Shown piece after piece: positions 48,301-56,623 of a stretch of 64,000 nt of DNA; the first letter of the stretch is position 1; each line of letters starts with the position of its first letter. The stretch spans positions 20,958 through 84,957 of the forward strand of contig CAZDPG010000001.1 of NCBI GenBank assembly GCA_964507275.1, read 5' to 3'. The stretch is from an uncultured Candidatus Saccharibacteria bacterium (GTDB lineage: Bacteria; Patescibacteriota; Minisyncoccia; Phycocordibacterales; Phycocordibacteraceae). The position numbers were made by a program, and so were the translations under genes. Below the pieces are notes generated by a model. The model did no database searches and was not told where the DNA came from. It worked only from the letters and a program-made list of their open reading frames with translations.

Positions 48301-49379
48301 GTGCCACTGCATCAACAGGGTTTACCATCGGTATTAACAGATCAACCAATGATATTCTCGTGAGTCTAAATGGGCTTTCTTCATATTACACCCCGTTCTC
48401 TGTCTCAGGTGACCAATGGTCTTTCCTCTACTTCACCTACGATGGCTCTACGCTCAAGGCGTATAAAAATGGAACACTCGTTCAGACCTACAGCTCCGTC
48501 GGAGCGAGTGCATTAGATGATGCTGGTTATCCCCTCATACTGAGCGAGGTGGCTCTTGGCGGTACAGGGAGGAATATAAATGGGCTTCTTGATGATGCTC
48601 GTATTTATAACCGCGCACTTTCTGCCACGGAAATCAATGCGCTCTACAGGTCTACCGCGACAGTGATAAACACTTCTACCAACACCGTGGGCGGCTCGCT
48701 CACGAGCGGGCTCGTGGGCCTCTGGTCCTTCGATGGCAAGGATATGAATTGGGGGACGAGTAAGGCGTTTGATCGAAGCGGGGCAGGGAATGATCTTACC
48801 ATCAGCGGCATGAGTACGAGCTCCGCTCCGGTCATCGGTAAGATTGGGCAGGCATTAAATTTCAACGGAGGAAGTAGTTACTTAACAGATTCAGCGATTG
48901 ATCTCAGCGGGACAAACACTATCTCCCTTTCGTGGTGGATGCACAAAAACTCCTACAGTAACGTCAGCGGTGTATTAGCAGAAGCCAGTACAAACTTTAA
49001 TACCAGTACTACTGGTTACATTGTTGGACCAGATGACTCGAGCGGGTATATACTCGTCGGATTGAGAGGAAATGTGAATTACTCGTATGCTCATTACACT
49101 CGACCGTCTGTGGGCGTATGGCACCACTATGTCGCTCTGTTTGATAAGAGCCAACTTGGAGTAAATGAAGTCAATCTATACATTGACGGGGTCCTGCAAA
49201 CGGCAGTCGCGCGTCCGGCTAGTTATAATAATACGAACAACTTCGGGAATGATTCTTTCTATATGGGAATGCGCGCCGGATCGCAGTCCCCGGTTACCGC
49301 CAAAATAGATGATTTCCGCATATACAACCGAGCACTCTCCGCCACCGAGGCAAAAGCTCTCTATAACCTCGGCCGTTAG
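45330..49379 (+). CDS. Exported multi-LamG/ConA-domain surface protein with phage-fibre-like modules
   Basis: Signal peptide; two C-terminal GLVG.W.FD...DD.RIYNRALS domains; TFTRAT, EGTRTNL, SSYIPT..TRNAD motifs. Confidence 0.85.
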   Translation: MSSIFNIQKSFRISLGSPKLYAKGAIFVLAAMWLALPSAVSAATITASLKPAFQADLTSTLKLQAGSGSPTFTRATTAYVQDFEGVLRPVLSGEARFQGARRVRNRLLNTTGAAFSAGTGSSPTITSNSSTAPDGTLTATRVQMALNGGSTTNDRSGILFTIPNEGAGTVISSVWLKANSGSPTIQFRSALGVAGITLTNTWQRYAVPGPITVSESLYIWLRGAQGTSDSADISVWHPQVETTTTGQSNQNPSEYVSIGTLSAPYHGANVDGVKYFSTMNGNTVSSSYVVTEATGPAINSSTAKFAQLPGTSGSYFSTPDSSVNSITGDIDIRAYVALDDWTPTAFQTLVAKDTASGRSYTFGVDSTSSGALYFQFTTDGVNVLTPATSSAVNTFANGTAHWVRMTHNPVTGKVNFYTSEDGATWTSLGVEQTVTVGTVADTSSPMSLGAFGTNGTLLPMSGKLYRTQVYNGIAGTLAVNFNPNTWASGSTWTAGTTGETWTISGGASVFAGTGLWDSAGPFGYFAEGTRTNLALQSNALTTTWLAVQSPSATQNVTGPDGVANSAWTLTDNSASLAEYVQQNITLTAATYTQSWYIKKTTGAQTSYPLMIANSNTKLAAATIDTTNGIATVWTAYTGFTVVTSSATCSSASASWWRCQLTFDSTAESWVHYAHPAGATSATQSSGVWDVSAQGSAVFYGGQVELGSFASSYIPTTTGSATRNADVLSYPTSRNISGSLGTAYAEPSASYTASAWPSVTVVQSIILGGNPGVIMYGHTSSLRFYDGTAERTLATFTPTTALSRVAVVWGGNARSVLNGTVGTAQSFDGDIGLGSNLYIGSFTGGLYPWFGTIRGVKVWPKALTTSQLTAMTTSSSATSRAAIPQTTVKAPTKTGLVGAWTFDEGTGTKANDSSGLGHTGTLAGGPTWATGKLGKALNFDGTNQYMSAGTATLNLGNNLSVGFWIKPASAGWGSGVTNRGIIGKGSPGSFWSATASTGFTIGINRSTNDILVSLNGLSSYYTPFSVSGDQWSFLYFTYDGSTLKAYKNGTLVQTYSSVGASALDDAGYPLILSEVALGGTGRNINGLLDDARIYNRALSATEINALYRSTATVINTSTNTVGGSLTSGLVGLWSFDGKDMNWGTSKAFDRSGAGNDLTISGMSTSSAPVIGKIGQALNFNGGSSYLTDSAIDLSGTNTISLSWWMHKNSYSNVSGVLAEASTNFNTSTTGYIVGPDDSSGYILVGLRGNVNYSYAHYTRPSVGVWHHYVALFDKSQLGVNEVNLYIDGVLQTAVARPASYNNTNNFGNDSFYMGMRAGSQSPVTAKIDDFRIYNRALSATEAKALYNLGR

Positions 49380-49426
49380 CGTAGCCGAATGGTATACTTT
49401 CCTCATTGATCAGTTAATTCATTTCT

Positions 49427-50434
49427 ATGGCTATTCGCGTCGCTATCAACGGGTTCGGTCGCATTGGACGTGCGTTTGCACGGCGCTCCTTTGGGCGTGA
49501 TATTGAGATCGTTGCGGTGAATGATCTCGGCTCGCTTGAGAACCTCGCCTACTTGCTCAAGTATGACACTGTGTACGGCCGTGCACCGTTTTCGGTTGAG
49601 GCACGGGAGGGGAGTCTCTGGCTCGATGGCAGGGAAGTGAAGTTCTTCTCGGAGAAAGATCCGGCGAATCTACCATGGAAGGATCTTGCGGTCGATGTCG
49701 TCGTCGAGTCGACCGGTTTCTTCACGGACTATGAGAAGGCGCAGGTGCACATCACGGCAGGCGCACGCCGTGTCGTGATCACGGCTCCCGCGAAAGGAGA
49801 TTCAGCGCTCGGTGCAACCGTGCTCATGGGGTTGAATGAAGAGAAGCTTTCCACGTGTCAGGTAACCAGCAATGCTTCCTGCACCACAAACTCCGCAAGT
49901 CCAGTCATCGCAATACTCGGTGAAGCTATAGGCATCGAGAAGGCCATTCTCTCGACGACGCATGCCTATACTGCCAGTCAATCGCTTGTCGATGGTCCAT
50001 CACGAAAAGATATGCGAGAAGGCAGAGCGGCAGCGCAGAACATCGTGCCGACGACCACAGGCGCAGCAATAGCTGTGACCGATGCGTATACTGAGCTCGC
50101 AGGGAAATTCGACGGTATCTCGCTCCGCGTGCCCGTGGTCGCTGGTTCGATAGCCGACATCACCTTCATCGCGAAGCGTCCGACCTCGCGCGAGGAAGTG
50201 AACGAGGCGCTCCGCACTGCCGCGAAGACCGCTCGCTGGGAAGGCATCTTCGCGACGACCGATGACGATCTCGTTTCGAGCGATATCGTCGGACAACCAT
50301 ACGCGTCTATCGCTGATCTCGGCATGACGCGCGTGGTTGACGGAAATCTCGTGAAAGTGCTTGCCTGGTATGACAATGAGATGGGGTATACGGAAAGTCT
50401 CGTGAGGCATGTGCTAGCAGCAGCCAAAGTATAA
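49427..50434 (+). CDS. gap: Glyceraldehyde-3-phosphate dehydrogenase type I
   Basis: AINGFGRIGR, SNASCTTN, WYDNEMGY. Confidence 0.97.
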   Translation: MAIRVAINGFGRIGRAFARRSFGRDIEIVAVNDLGSLENLAYLLKYDTVYGRAPFSVEAREGSLWLDGREVKFFSEKDPANLPWKDLAVDVVVESTGFFTDYEKAQVHITAGARRVVITAPAKGDSALGATVLMGLNEEKLSTCQVTSNASCTTNSASPVIAILGEAIGIEKAILSTTHAYTASQSLVDGPSRKDMREGRAAAQNIVPTTTGAAIAVTDAYTELAGKFDGISLRVPVVAGSIADITFIAKRPTSREEVNEALRTAAKTARWEGIFATTDDDLVSSDIVGQPYASIADLGMTRVVDGNLVKVLAWYDNEMGYTESLVRHVLAAAKV

Positions 50435-50474
50435 AGTATAAGGCGCCCTCAGTGTACCGTATCTGCATAGAGCG

Positions 50475-50861
50475 ATGCCGAAAGACTTTGACACATGGAA
50501 CGAGAGGAAGAAGATCGTTCATGACCGTGGGAATGTCCCATTCTTCCATGAACGGGAAGTGTGGTGGTGCACGCTCGGACTTAATGTCGGATACGAACAA
50601 GACGGGGGCGACACATTCGAGCGGCCGGTCCTCATCATCAAGAAATTCAATCGTGATGTGCTGTGGGCACTTCCACTCACGACCTCCGATAAACGAAACC
50701 AGTATTACTTTCCGATTTCCGGACAGCAGGACTCGGCTGTTATTCTTTCCCAGCTTCGGCTAATGAGTAGCAAACGCCTCGAGAGACTCATGTACAAGCT
50801 GCCAAAGGGTCAGTTCAAGCAGATTCTCGCCCAGGTTCAACAATTCTTTCCAAGGGTATGA
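50475..50861 (+). CDS. PemK/MazF-like toxin (paralogue of 44736)
   Basis: KDFDTWNERKK, EREVWWC.LG.NVG.EQDG, FERPVLI, LPLTT, QLRLMSSKRL. Confidence 0.85.
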   Translation: MPKDFDTWNERKKIVHDRGNVPFFHEREVWWCTLGLNVGYEQDGGDTFERPVLIIKKFNRDVLWALPLTTSDKRNQYYFPISGQQDSAVILSQLRLMSSKRLERLMYKLPKGQFKQILAQVQQFFPRV

Positions 50862-50949
50862 AAATCGAAGCCCCGCACAGGGCGGGGCTTCTCGGGGGCC
50901 TGGTGGCCATTTGTACTATTAGTATAGACAAGCTCCTCCTGAATTGCAA
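50860..50949 (-). ncRNA. Putative antisense small RNA and promoter at the 3' end of PemK-like gene 2
   Basis: Minus strand TTGCAA(50949-50944)-17nt-TATACT(50926-50921); hairpins gaagccccgc/gcggggcttc and ggcc-tggt-ggcc. Confidence 0.5.
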
Positions 50950-50999
50950 GCAGGGAACGAGGTTTTTCTATAACGAATTCGGGTTATACTTTGTTGTAT

Positions 51000-51485
51000 A
51001 TGCCTAAGGTCTATTTCGCCGCTGATCATGCCGGGTTCGCGCTCAAGAACGCGCTTGCCGAGCAGGTGCGTATGAGCGGCTATGAGGTTGAGGATATGGG
51101 TGCGCTCGATCTCAATCCGGAAGATGATTATCCGGATTTCATACTGCCGCTTGCCAAGCGCGTGGCGGACGAGCCGGGCGCGTTCGGGATTATCGTCGGA
51201 GGGAGCGGGCAGGGCGAGGCGATGTGTGCAAATCGCGTCCTGGGCGTCCGTGCCGCGGTATTCTATGGAGAGATGAAGGTGACGGATGCGCTCGAAATAG
51301 AAGGCGGGCATTCCGAAGACGGCTATGATGTCATACGACTCTCGCGCAAACACAATGATGCGAACGTGCTCTCAATCGGTGCGCGCTTCGTCTCAGGGAA
51401 AGAAGCCGTCGAAGCTGTGCGTCTGTTCCTCGAGGAGCCGTTCTCAGTCTCTTCGCGGCATACACGTCGCCTCGCGAAGTTCTAG
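51000..51485 (+). CDS. rpiB: Ribose-5-phosphate isomerase B
   Basis: ADHAGF.LK, DYPD, GGSGQG, HNDANVL, RHTRR. Confidence 0.93.
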   Translation: MPKVYFAADHAGFALKNALAEQVRMSGYEVEDMGALDLNPEDDYPDFILPLAKRVADEPGAFGIIVGGSGQGEAMCANRVLGVRAAVFYGEMKVTDALEIEGGHSEDGYDVIRLSRKHNDANVLSIGARFVSGKEAVEAVRLFLEEPFSVSSRHTRRLAKF

Positions 51486-51504
51486 TAGCAGTATAATTAC
51501 TGGC

Positions 51505-51765
51505 ATGGCGGACATCAATTTTGAGGAAGGGAATATCGCACGTCGGTACACGGATCAGAAACCGCTGTTCATACGGTTTGTGCTGGCGACGGGAATCGTT
51601 TCCTCCGACAAGCAGGCGGAGTATGTGCTCCTCGGGCTCGCGGCAGCGGGACTCATCGTCTCATTCTTCTTGTTTTCCCATAGTGGTCCTGCGCAGGAAA
51701 GGCCAACCCGCGCTTCTGTGGAGCAGATGAATCAGTTCACGGCTACCACTCCCGTGGCGCGGTGA
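51505..51765 (+). CDS. Small single-TM hypothetical protein
   Basis: MADINFEE... with one hydrophobic helix; TATAAT at 51492. Confidence 0.7.
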   Translation: MADINFEEGNIARRYTDQKPLFIRFVLATGIVSSDKQAEYVLLGLAAAGLIVSFFLFSHSGPAQERPTRASVEQMNQFTATTPVAR

Positions 51766-51770
51766 TGCGT

Positions 51771-52277
51771 ATGAAAATCCATACAGACAAGAGAGGCTTC
51801 ACTCTCATCGAGCTCCTCGTCGTTATCGCTATCATCGGCATCCTTTCAAGCGTCGTGCTGGTGAGTTTGGATACTGCCCGTTCGAAAGCACGAGATGCGA
51901 AAAGACTCGCCGATATTCATCAGCTTCAGAATGCTCTTGAGATTTACTACACAAGCAACGGCCACTATCCGGATGTCTGCGGCGCAGCTTCGAATGGATT
52001 TTATGCCGCTCCGTGGCCGACACTCCTGTCTTCCACGTACATCGGGAAGATGCCGTACGATCCGATAAATACCGTCAACCAGTATGGCTATTACTATTGT
52101 TCGCAATACAAACCGAACGGGAGTTGCGGCTATACCTATACGCCAGGGGTGAATACCAATTACATTCTCGCGACGCGCCTTGAATATAGTTCAGCGAGCG
52201 TTAATAGTTGCTCAGGCGTTTTCGGCGGGTGGGACAGCAGCGTGCTTAATTACATCGTGGGAAGCGGCGGCCAGTGA
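51771..52277 (+). CDS. Type IV pilin/pseudopilin (GspG-like)
   Basis: [20 protein letters not shown] class III signal; [13 protein letters not shown]. Confidence 0.92.
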   Translation: MKIHTDKRGFTLIELLVVIAIIGILSSVVLVSLDTARSKARDAKRLADIHQLQNALEIYYTSNGHYPDVCGAASNGFYAAPWPTLLSSTYIGKMPYDPINTVNQYGYYYCSQYKPNGSCGYTYTPGVNTNYILATRLEYSSASVNSCSGVFGGWDSSVLNYIVGSGGQ

Positions 52278-52321
52278 CGTTTGCCACCCGACCGGATTCA
52301 TAAAGGAAGTATACTTACGAC

Positions 52322-53029
52322 ATGAGTCTCACCGTCCCGGCCGTACTCCCAACCTCACGCGAAGATCTCGAGAAGAAGCTCGCGCTCTTTGCGAAGATGT
52401 CGTCGGTCTCGCGCGTACAGATAGACGTCGTCGACGGGAAGTTCGCTACACCAGCCTCTTGGCCGTACACCGCACCGCTCGAACTGCGTGATGCTTCTAA
52501 TCTGCTTCCGTGCCTTGACCGCATTGCGTATGAGATAGACCTCATGTGCCTCGATGCGGAGCGCGCTTCCGAGTCGTGGATAGCACTCGGCGCATCGCGC
52601 CTCACCTTTCATGCGGAGAGCGTCATGGACCTCACTCAATTTCTCTCCTCGGTCCGTGCGCGCTATGGGGATAGCTTCCTTTCGTGCGACCTCATCGCGA
52701 TTGGCATCGCGCTGAATGTAGCAACCGACCTTTCGCTTATCGAGCCGTATCTCGACACAATCGACTACGTGCAGTTCATGGGCATCGCACGGATAGGGCG
52801 GCAGGGGCAACCTTTCGATCGGCGTGTGCTCGAGAAAGTGCGTCTCTTCCATGTGCGGCACCCGGAGATACCCGTACAGGTCGACGGCGGCGTATCGCTC
52901 CAGTCCGCGCGGGAGCTTATCGCGTGCGGCGTATCGAACCTTGTTGTCGGCTCTGCCATCCTGCGCGTAGACGATCCAGCAGCAGAGATAGAGAAATTCG
53001 AGTCGCTCCGAAGTTCCTTCGGCGTGTGA
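52322..53029 (+). CDS. rpe: Ribulose-phosphate 3-epimerase (divergent)
   Basis: QIDVVDG, FHAE, QFMG...G.QGQPF, QVDGGV, VVGSAI; pentose-phosphate context. Confidence 0.85.
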   Translation: MSLTVPAVLPTSREDLEKKLALFAKMSSVSRVQIDVVDGKFATPASWPYTAPLELRDASNLLPCLDRIAYEIDLMCLDAERASESWIALGASRLTFHAESVMDLTQFLSSVRARYGDSFLSCDLIAIGIALNVATDLSLIEPYLDTIDYVQFMGIARIGRQGQPFDRRVLEKVRLFHVRHPEIPVQVDGGVSLQSARELIACGVSNLVVGSAILRVDDPAAEIEKFESLRSSFGV

Positions 53030-53046
53030 CAGGGTATACTGGGACG

Positions 53047-53904
53047 ATGGCACTTACCGATTCGGTACTGACAGAGCTCGACGCAAAAGCGGAAGCTATC
53101 CGCGAGACAATCATCCAGATGCTCGTGAACGCGGGAAGCGGGCATACGGCGGGACCTCTGGGCATGGCGGATATCTTCGCGGCACTCTATTTCCATATTT
53201 TGAACCACCGTCCGGAAGATCCCTCATGGGAGGAGCGTGATCGGCTCGTACTAAGTAATGGCCACACCTGCCCGGTGCGGTATGCCGCGATGGCGCATGC
53301 GGGGTATTTCCCGGTAGAAGAGTGCCTCACATTGCGAACGTTTGGTAGTCGGTTGCAAGGACATCCAGAGCGATTGCGCCTGCCCGGGCTTGAGACCACT
53401 TCGGGCCCTCTCGGTGAAGGCCTCTCGCAGGCATCGGGTATGGCCTATGCGTTTCGTATGGACGGCACGAAGCAACGCGTGTATTGCATGATGAGCGATG
53501 GAGAACAGCAGGAAGGGAATACCTGGGAAGCAATCATGTTCGCCGGCAAGCACGGGCTCCATAACCTCACCGCAATCATGGACCGGAATAATATTCAGAT
53601 CGATGGCATGACCGAAGACGTGATGCCGCTCGAGCCGATTGCTGACAAGTATCGCGCGTTCAACTGGCATGTGCTCGAAGTGAATGGCAACGATATCTCC
53701 GCATTCATCGGCGCGGTTGAAGAGGCGAAAGCCATCTACGAGAAGCCGACTCTAATTATTGCGCACACTATCCCCGGCAAGGGCGTGCCCGAGATAGAAT
53801 TCGACTATCGCTGGCACGGTAAGCCACCGACGGCCGAAGAAGGGAAACGGTTCCTGAAAGAGATCCGTACCCTGGGCGGGAAGGTGCCGCACGAATATTC
53901 GTAA
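53047..53904 (+). CDS. Transketolase N-terminal (TPP-binding) subunit
   Basis: GSGH, DRLVLSNGH, LQGHP, SDGE.QEG..WEA, HTIPGKG. Confidence 0.93.
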   Translation: MALTDSVLTELDAKAEAIRETIIQMLVNAGSGHTAGPLGMADIFAALYFHILNHRPEDPSWEERDRLVLSNGHTCPVRYAAMAHAGYFPVEECLTLRTFGSRLQGHPERLRLPGLETTSGPLGEGLSQASGMAYAFRMDGTKQRVYCMMSDGEQQEGNTWEAIMFAGKHGLHNLTAIMDRNNIQIDGMTEDVMPLEPIADKYRAFNWHVLEVNGNDISAFIGAVEEAKAIYEKPTLIIAHTIPGKGVPEIEFDYRWHGKPPTAEEGKRFLKEIRTLGGKVPHEYS

Positions 53905-53930
53905 CTAAACATGATGTATACTTTCCGTAT

Positions 53931-54410
53931 ATGAACAACAACATGACACACGGTCTGAAGCGAGTTAAATCTTCCGGCTTCACGCTCATAGAATTACTTG
54001 TCGTTATCGCTATCATCGGCATCCTCTCATCGGTCGTGCTTGCGTCGCTCAGCACCGCCCGCGAACGAGGGAATGACGCATCGGTCAAATCAAACCTCAA
54101 TACCATACGAACACAGGCAGAGCTCTATTACATGACGACTGGCAGCAACTCGTATGGCTCGCAGACATGGGTCTCGGGCGCCGCGACCTCATGCACGGGA
54201 GGAATGTTCAGTAACTCGACCGTCGCTAAGGCGCTTGCAACGGCTGACAGTGCAAACGGGTCGGGGAATGTGGATTGCATCGCCGGCAGCACCTATTATG
54301 TCGCCGCCGCCGCGTTACCATCGGGTGGGTATTGGTGCGTTGATCATACCGGCGTGGGGAAGTCATACGCGACCGCACTACCGACGGTTTCAGTATCAGC
54401 GTGTCCATAA
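53931..54410 (+). CDS. Type IV pilin
   Basis: [20 protein letters not shown]; C-terminal WCVD and Cys pairs. Confidence 0.92.
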   Translation: MNNNMTHGLKRVKSSGFTLIELLVVIAIIGILSSVVLASLSTARERGNDASVKSNLNTIRTQAELYYMTTGSNSYGSQTWVSGAATSCTGGMFSNSTVAKALATADSANGSGNVDCIAGSTYYVAAAALPSGGYWCVDHTGVGKSYATALPTVSVSACP

Positions 54411-54428
54411 ACAGAGTTCCTTTGGTCC

Positions 54429-55415
54429 ATGATTAACCCTTCCGCGAAACTCGCTCCTGCCGCTCTGAGCGATCAGGTTGAAAAAGCACCAACGCGGGAC
54501 GGATTCGGGAAAGGGACAGTGGAAGCAGGGAAGCACGATTCGCGCATCGTCGTGCTCTGTGCCGATCTCTCCGAGAGCACGCGCGCAGAGTGGTTCCAGA
54601 AAGAATTTCCGGATCGATTCATCGAGATGGGCGTTGCCGAGCAGAACATGGCGACGGTGGCAAGCGGTATGGCTGCCGCGGGGAAGATTCCGTTCATCGC
54701 AAGCTACGCGGCATTCAATCCCGGCCGCAATTATGAGCAGATTCGTACGACGATTGCGCTCAACCAAGTGCCAGTCAAGATATGCGGCATGCATGCTGGT
54801 GTCTCGGTAGGTCCGGACGGTGCAACACATCAGATGCTCGAAGACATCGGCATGATGCGTATGCTACCGGGCATGACGGTACTCGTCCCGGGCGATGCGG
54901 AGGAAGCGCGAAAGGCGACTATCGCAGCGGCTCAAACGGACGGGCCGGTATACATCCGCTTCGGTCGCGCAGCAACACCGGTCTTTACGACCGCCCTTAC
55001 GCCGTTCCAGATAGGGAAGGCGCTCGTGCTTTTCAAAGGGAATGCGCCGAAGGTGGCAATCCTTTCGACGGGTTCCTTGAGCTATGTCGCACTCTCGGCC
55101 GCGCGCGAGCTTTCTGAGGAAGGCATCGCAACTATCGTCGTGCATGTCCCAACCGTGAAGCCGCTCGATGAAGAAGCTATTCTCGACGCGGCGAAGTTGG
55201 CAGGGTGTGTCGTCACCGTCGAGGAGCACCAGGTTGCAGGCGGTTTCGGGAGTGCGGTTGCAGAGTTCTTGGCGAAGAAACATCCAGTACCAATGCGCCT
55301 TCTCGGTGTTCAGGATCAGTTCGGGCAATCAGGCTCGCCTGAAGAACTTCTCGCGCATTACGGACTCGATGCTCCTCATATCAAAGACGCGGTGCGAGTG
55401 CTTATTCATGTATAA
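54429..55415 (+). CDS. Transketolase C-terminal subunit
   Basis: GVAEQNM, GPDGATHQ, KPLD, VEEH..GGFGS, FGQSG. Confidence 0.93.
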   Translation: MINPSAKLAPAALSDQVEKAPTRDGFGKGTVEAGKHDSRIVVLCADLSESTRAEWFQKEFPDRFIEMGVAEQNMATVASGMAAAGKIPFIASYAAFNPGRNYEQIRTTIALNQVPVKICGMHAGVSVGPDGATHQMLEDIGMMRMLPGMTVLVPGDAEEARKATIAAAQTDGPVYIRFGRAATPVFTTALTPFQIGKALVLFKGNAPKVAILSTGSLSYVALSAARELSEEGIATIVVHVPTVKPLDEEAILDAAKLAGCVVTVEEHQVAGGFGSAVAEFLAKKHPVPMRLLGVQDQFGQSGSPEELLAHYGLDAPHIKDAVRVLIHV

Positions 55416-55424
55416 TAAAAACCT

Positions 55425-55598
55425 ATGAGAGGAAAGGTAAACTCCTATTTTGCAGCGCTTACCATCACGGTTGCCGGAGCAGCCGCGACGATGCTCATCA
55501 CGCATCTCGCCAATTCAGATACACTCGCTACTTCTTTCGGGGGCAGCTCGGCGACATACGCTGATCTCCAGCAGTCAATTCTCAAGAATCGGCCGTAA
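55425..55598 (+). CDS. 57-aa membrane peptide (absent from the ORF track)
   Basis: MRGKVNSYFAALTITVAGAAATMLITHL...KNRP*; TATAAT at 55411; fills the intergenic gap. Confidence 0.65.
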   Translation: MRGKVNSYFAALTITVAGAAATMLITHLANSDTLATSFGGSSATYADLQQSILKNRP

Positions 55599-55602
55599 CA
55601 GA

Positions 55603-56586
55603 TTAAAGCGGTTCGACGCGATACTCCGAGGGAGCAAGAGCGAGATACTCTTCTATCTGCTTCTGTGTGAGAAGACCCTTCTGGGCACCGACTTCCTGTA
55701 CGACTGACATAGAATTCACTGGTCCCCAGAGCATCGCTTCATGGAGCGATTTCCCGAGCGCAAGCGCCGCTACGACAGTCGATGTCATAGCATCACCGGC
55801 TCCCGTGCGGTCTACGGGTGGTTTCGGATCAGGATACATAGGGACTTTCAGCATCTCCGTGCCATCGGATGCGTATGCCCCACGTGGCCCGTCAGTGATG
55901 ACCACGATTTTCGGACCGAGGGCATGCATTTTCTCGAGAAGCTCTCGCGTGTCGGTCGTGCCGAGACCGAGGATGTGTTCCGCTTCTTCTTTATTGCAGG
56001 CGACGAGCTCCGTGCGGGCGTAGAGCGGTGCGAGCTTCTCTTTGCCCATCGCTATTTGGAACGTGCCTGGCTGGAACGCGAGCTTCGTTTCCGGGTGTGC
56101 AGCAAGCCAAGTCGCGAGCTCGCCATGGAACGCCTCCGAATGCTCGCTCGAAGAAGAGAGATAAATCCACAAAGGTGGCTGGAACCCCTCAGGGATGGCA
56201 TAGGGATACGCTTCGTGCCGTATGAGGATAGTTCTCTCGGCGTCGAGCATGAGCACGTAGTGGTGATTGGTCGGGATGCCTTCATTGATCGCTATATGTC
56301 GGGTATCGACGTTTTCCCGAGCAAGCGTTGCGATGATTTCCTCCCCGAACCGGTCTTTGCCGACGTTTGAAACGAATCCAGAAGGGAGGCCGAGACGGGC
56401 AGCAGCCACAGCGGCATTCGCTGCGTTTCCCACTGCCGGGATAAGCACGGAAGATTCATAGGGAATCTTGTCGCCCCATGACATTGAGAGCGTACAATGC
56501 TCTCCGTTCTCATCACAGCTCACGCGAGCCTCTTTCAGTTTGATGAATTCGTCGACGGTCGTGTCGCCGATAGCGATGAAGTCCAT
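55603..56586 (-). CDS. PfkB-family carbohydrate kinase
   Basis: VGNAANAA, VG.D.FG, NKEEA, ITDG..GA, DRTGAGDA. Confidence 0.92.
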   Translation of the reverse strand: MDFIAIGDTTVDEFIKLKEARVSCDENGEHCTLSMSWGDKIPYESSVLIPAVGNAANAAVAAARLGLPSGFVSNVGKDRFGEEIIATLARENVDTRHIAINEGIPTNHHYVLMLDAERTILIRHEAYPYAIPEGFQPPLWIYLSSSSEHSEAFHGELATWLAAHPETKLAFQPGTFQIAMGKEKLAPLYARTELVACNKEEAEHILGLGTTDTRELLEKMHALGPKIVVITDGPRGAYASDGTEMLKVPMYPDPKPPVDRTGAGDAMTSTVVAALALGKSLHEAMLWGPVNSMSVVQEVGAQKGLLTQKQIEEYLALAPSEYRVEPL

Positions 56587-56623
56587 AGGGAAAAGTGTAC
56601 CACGCTCCGTAGAGTGATAGAAT

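Noticed and set aside
26397-49379. Prophage (S74 domain, BRO-N, fibre motifs)
   Set aside because: No integrase, terminase, portal or capsid genes; the fibre proteins carry TM or signal peptides typical of cellular surface proteins
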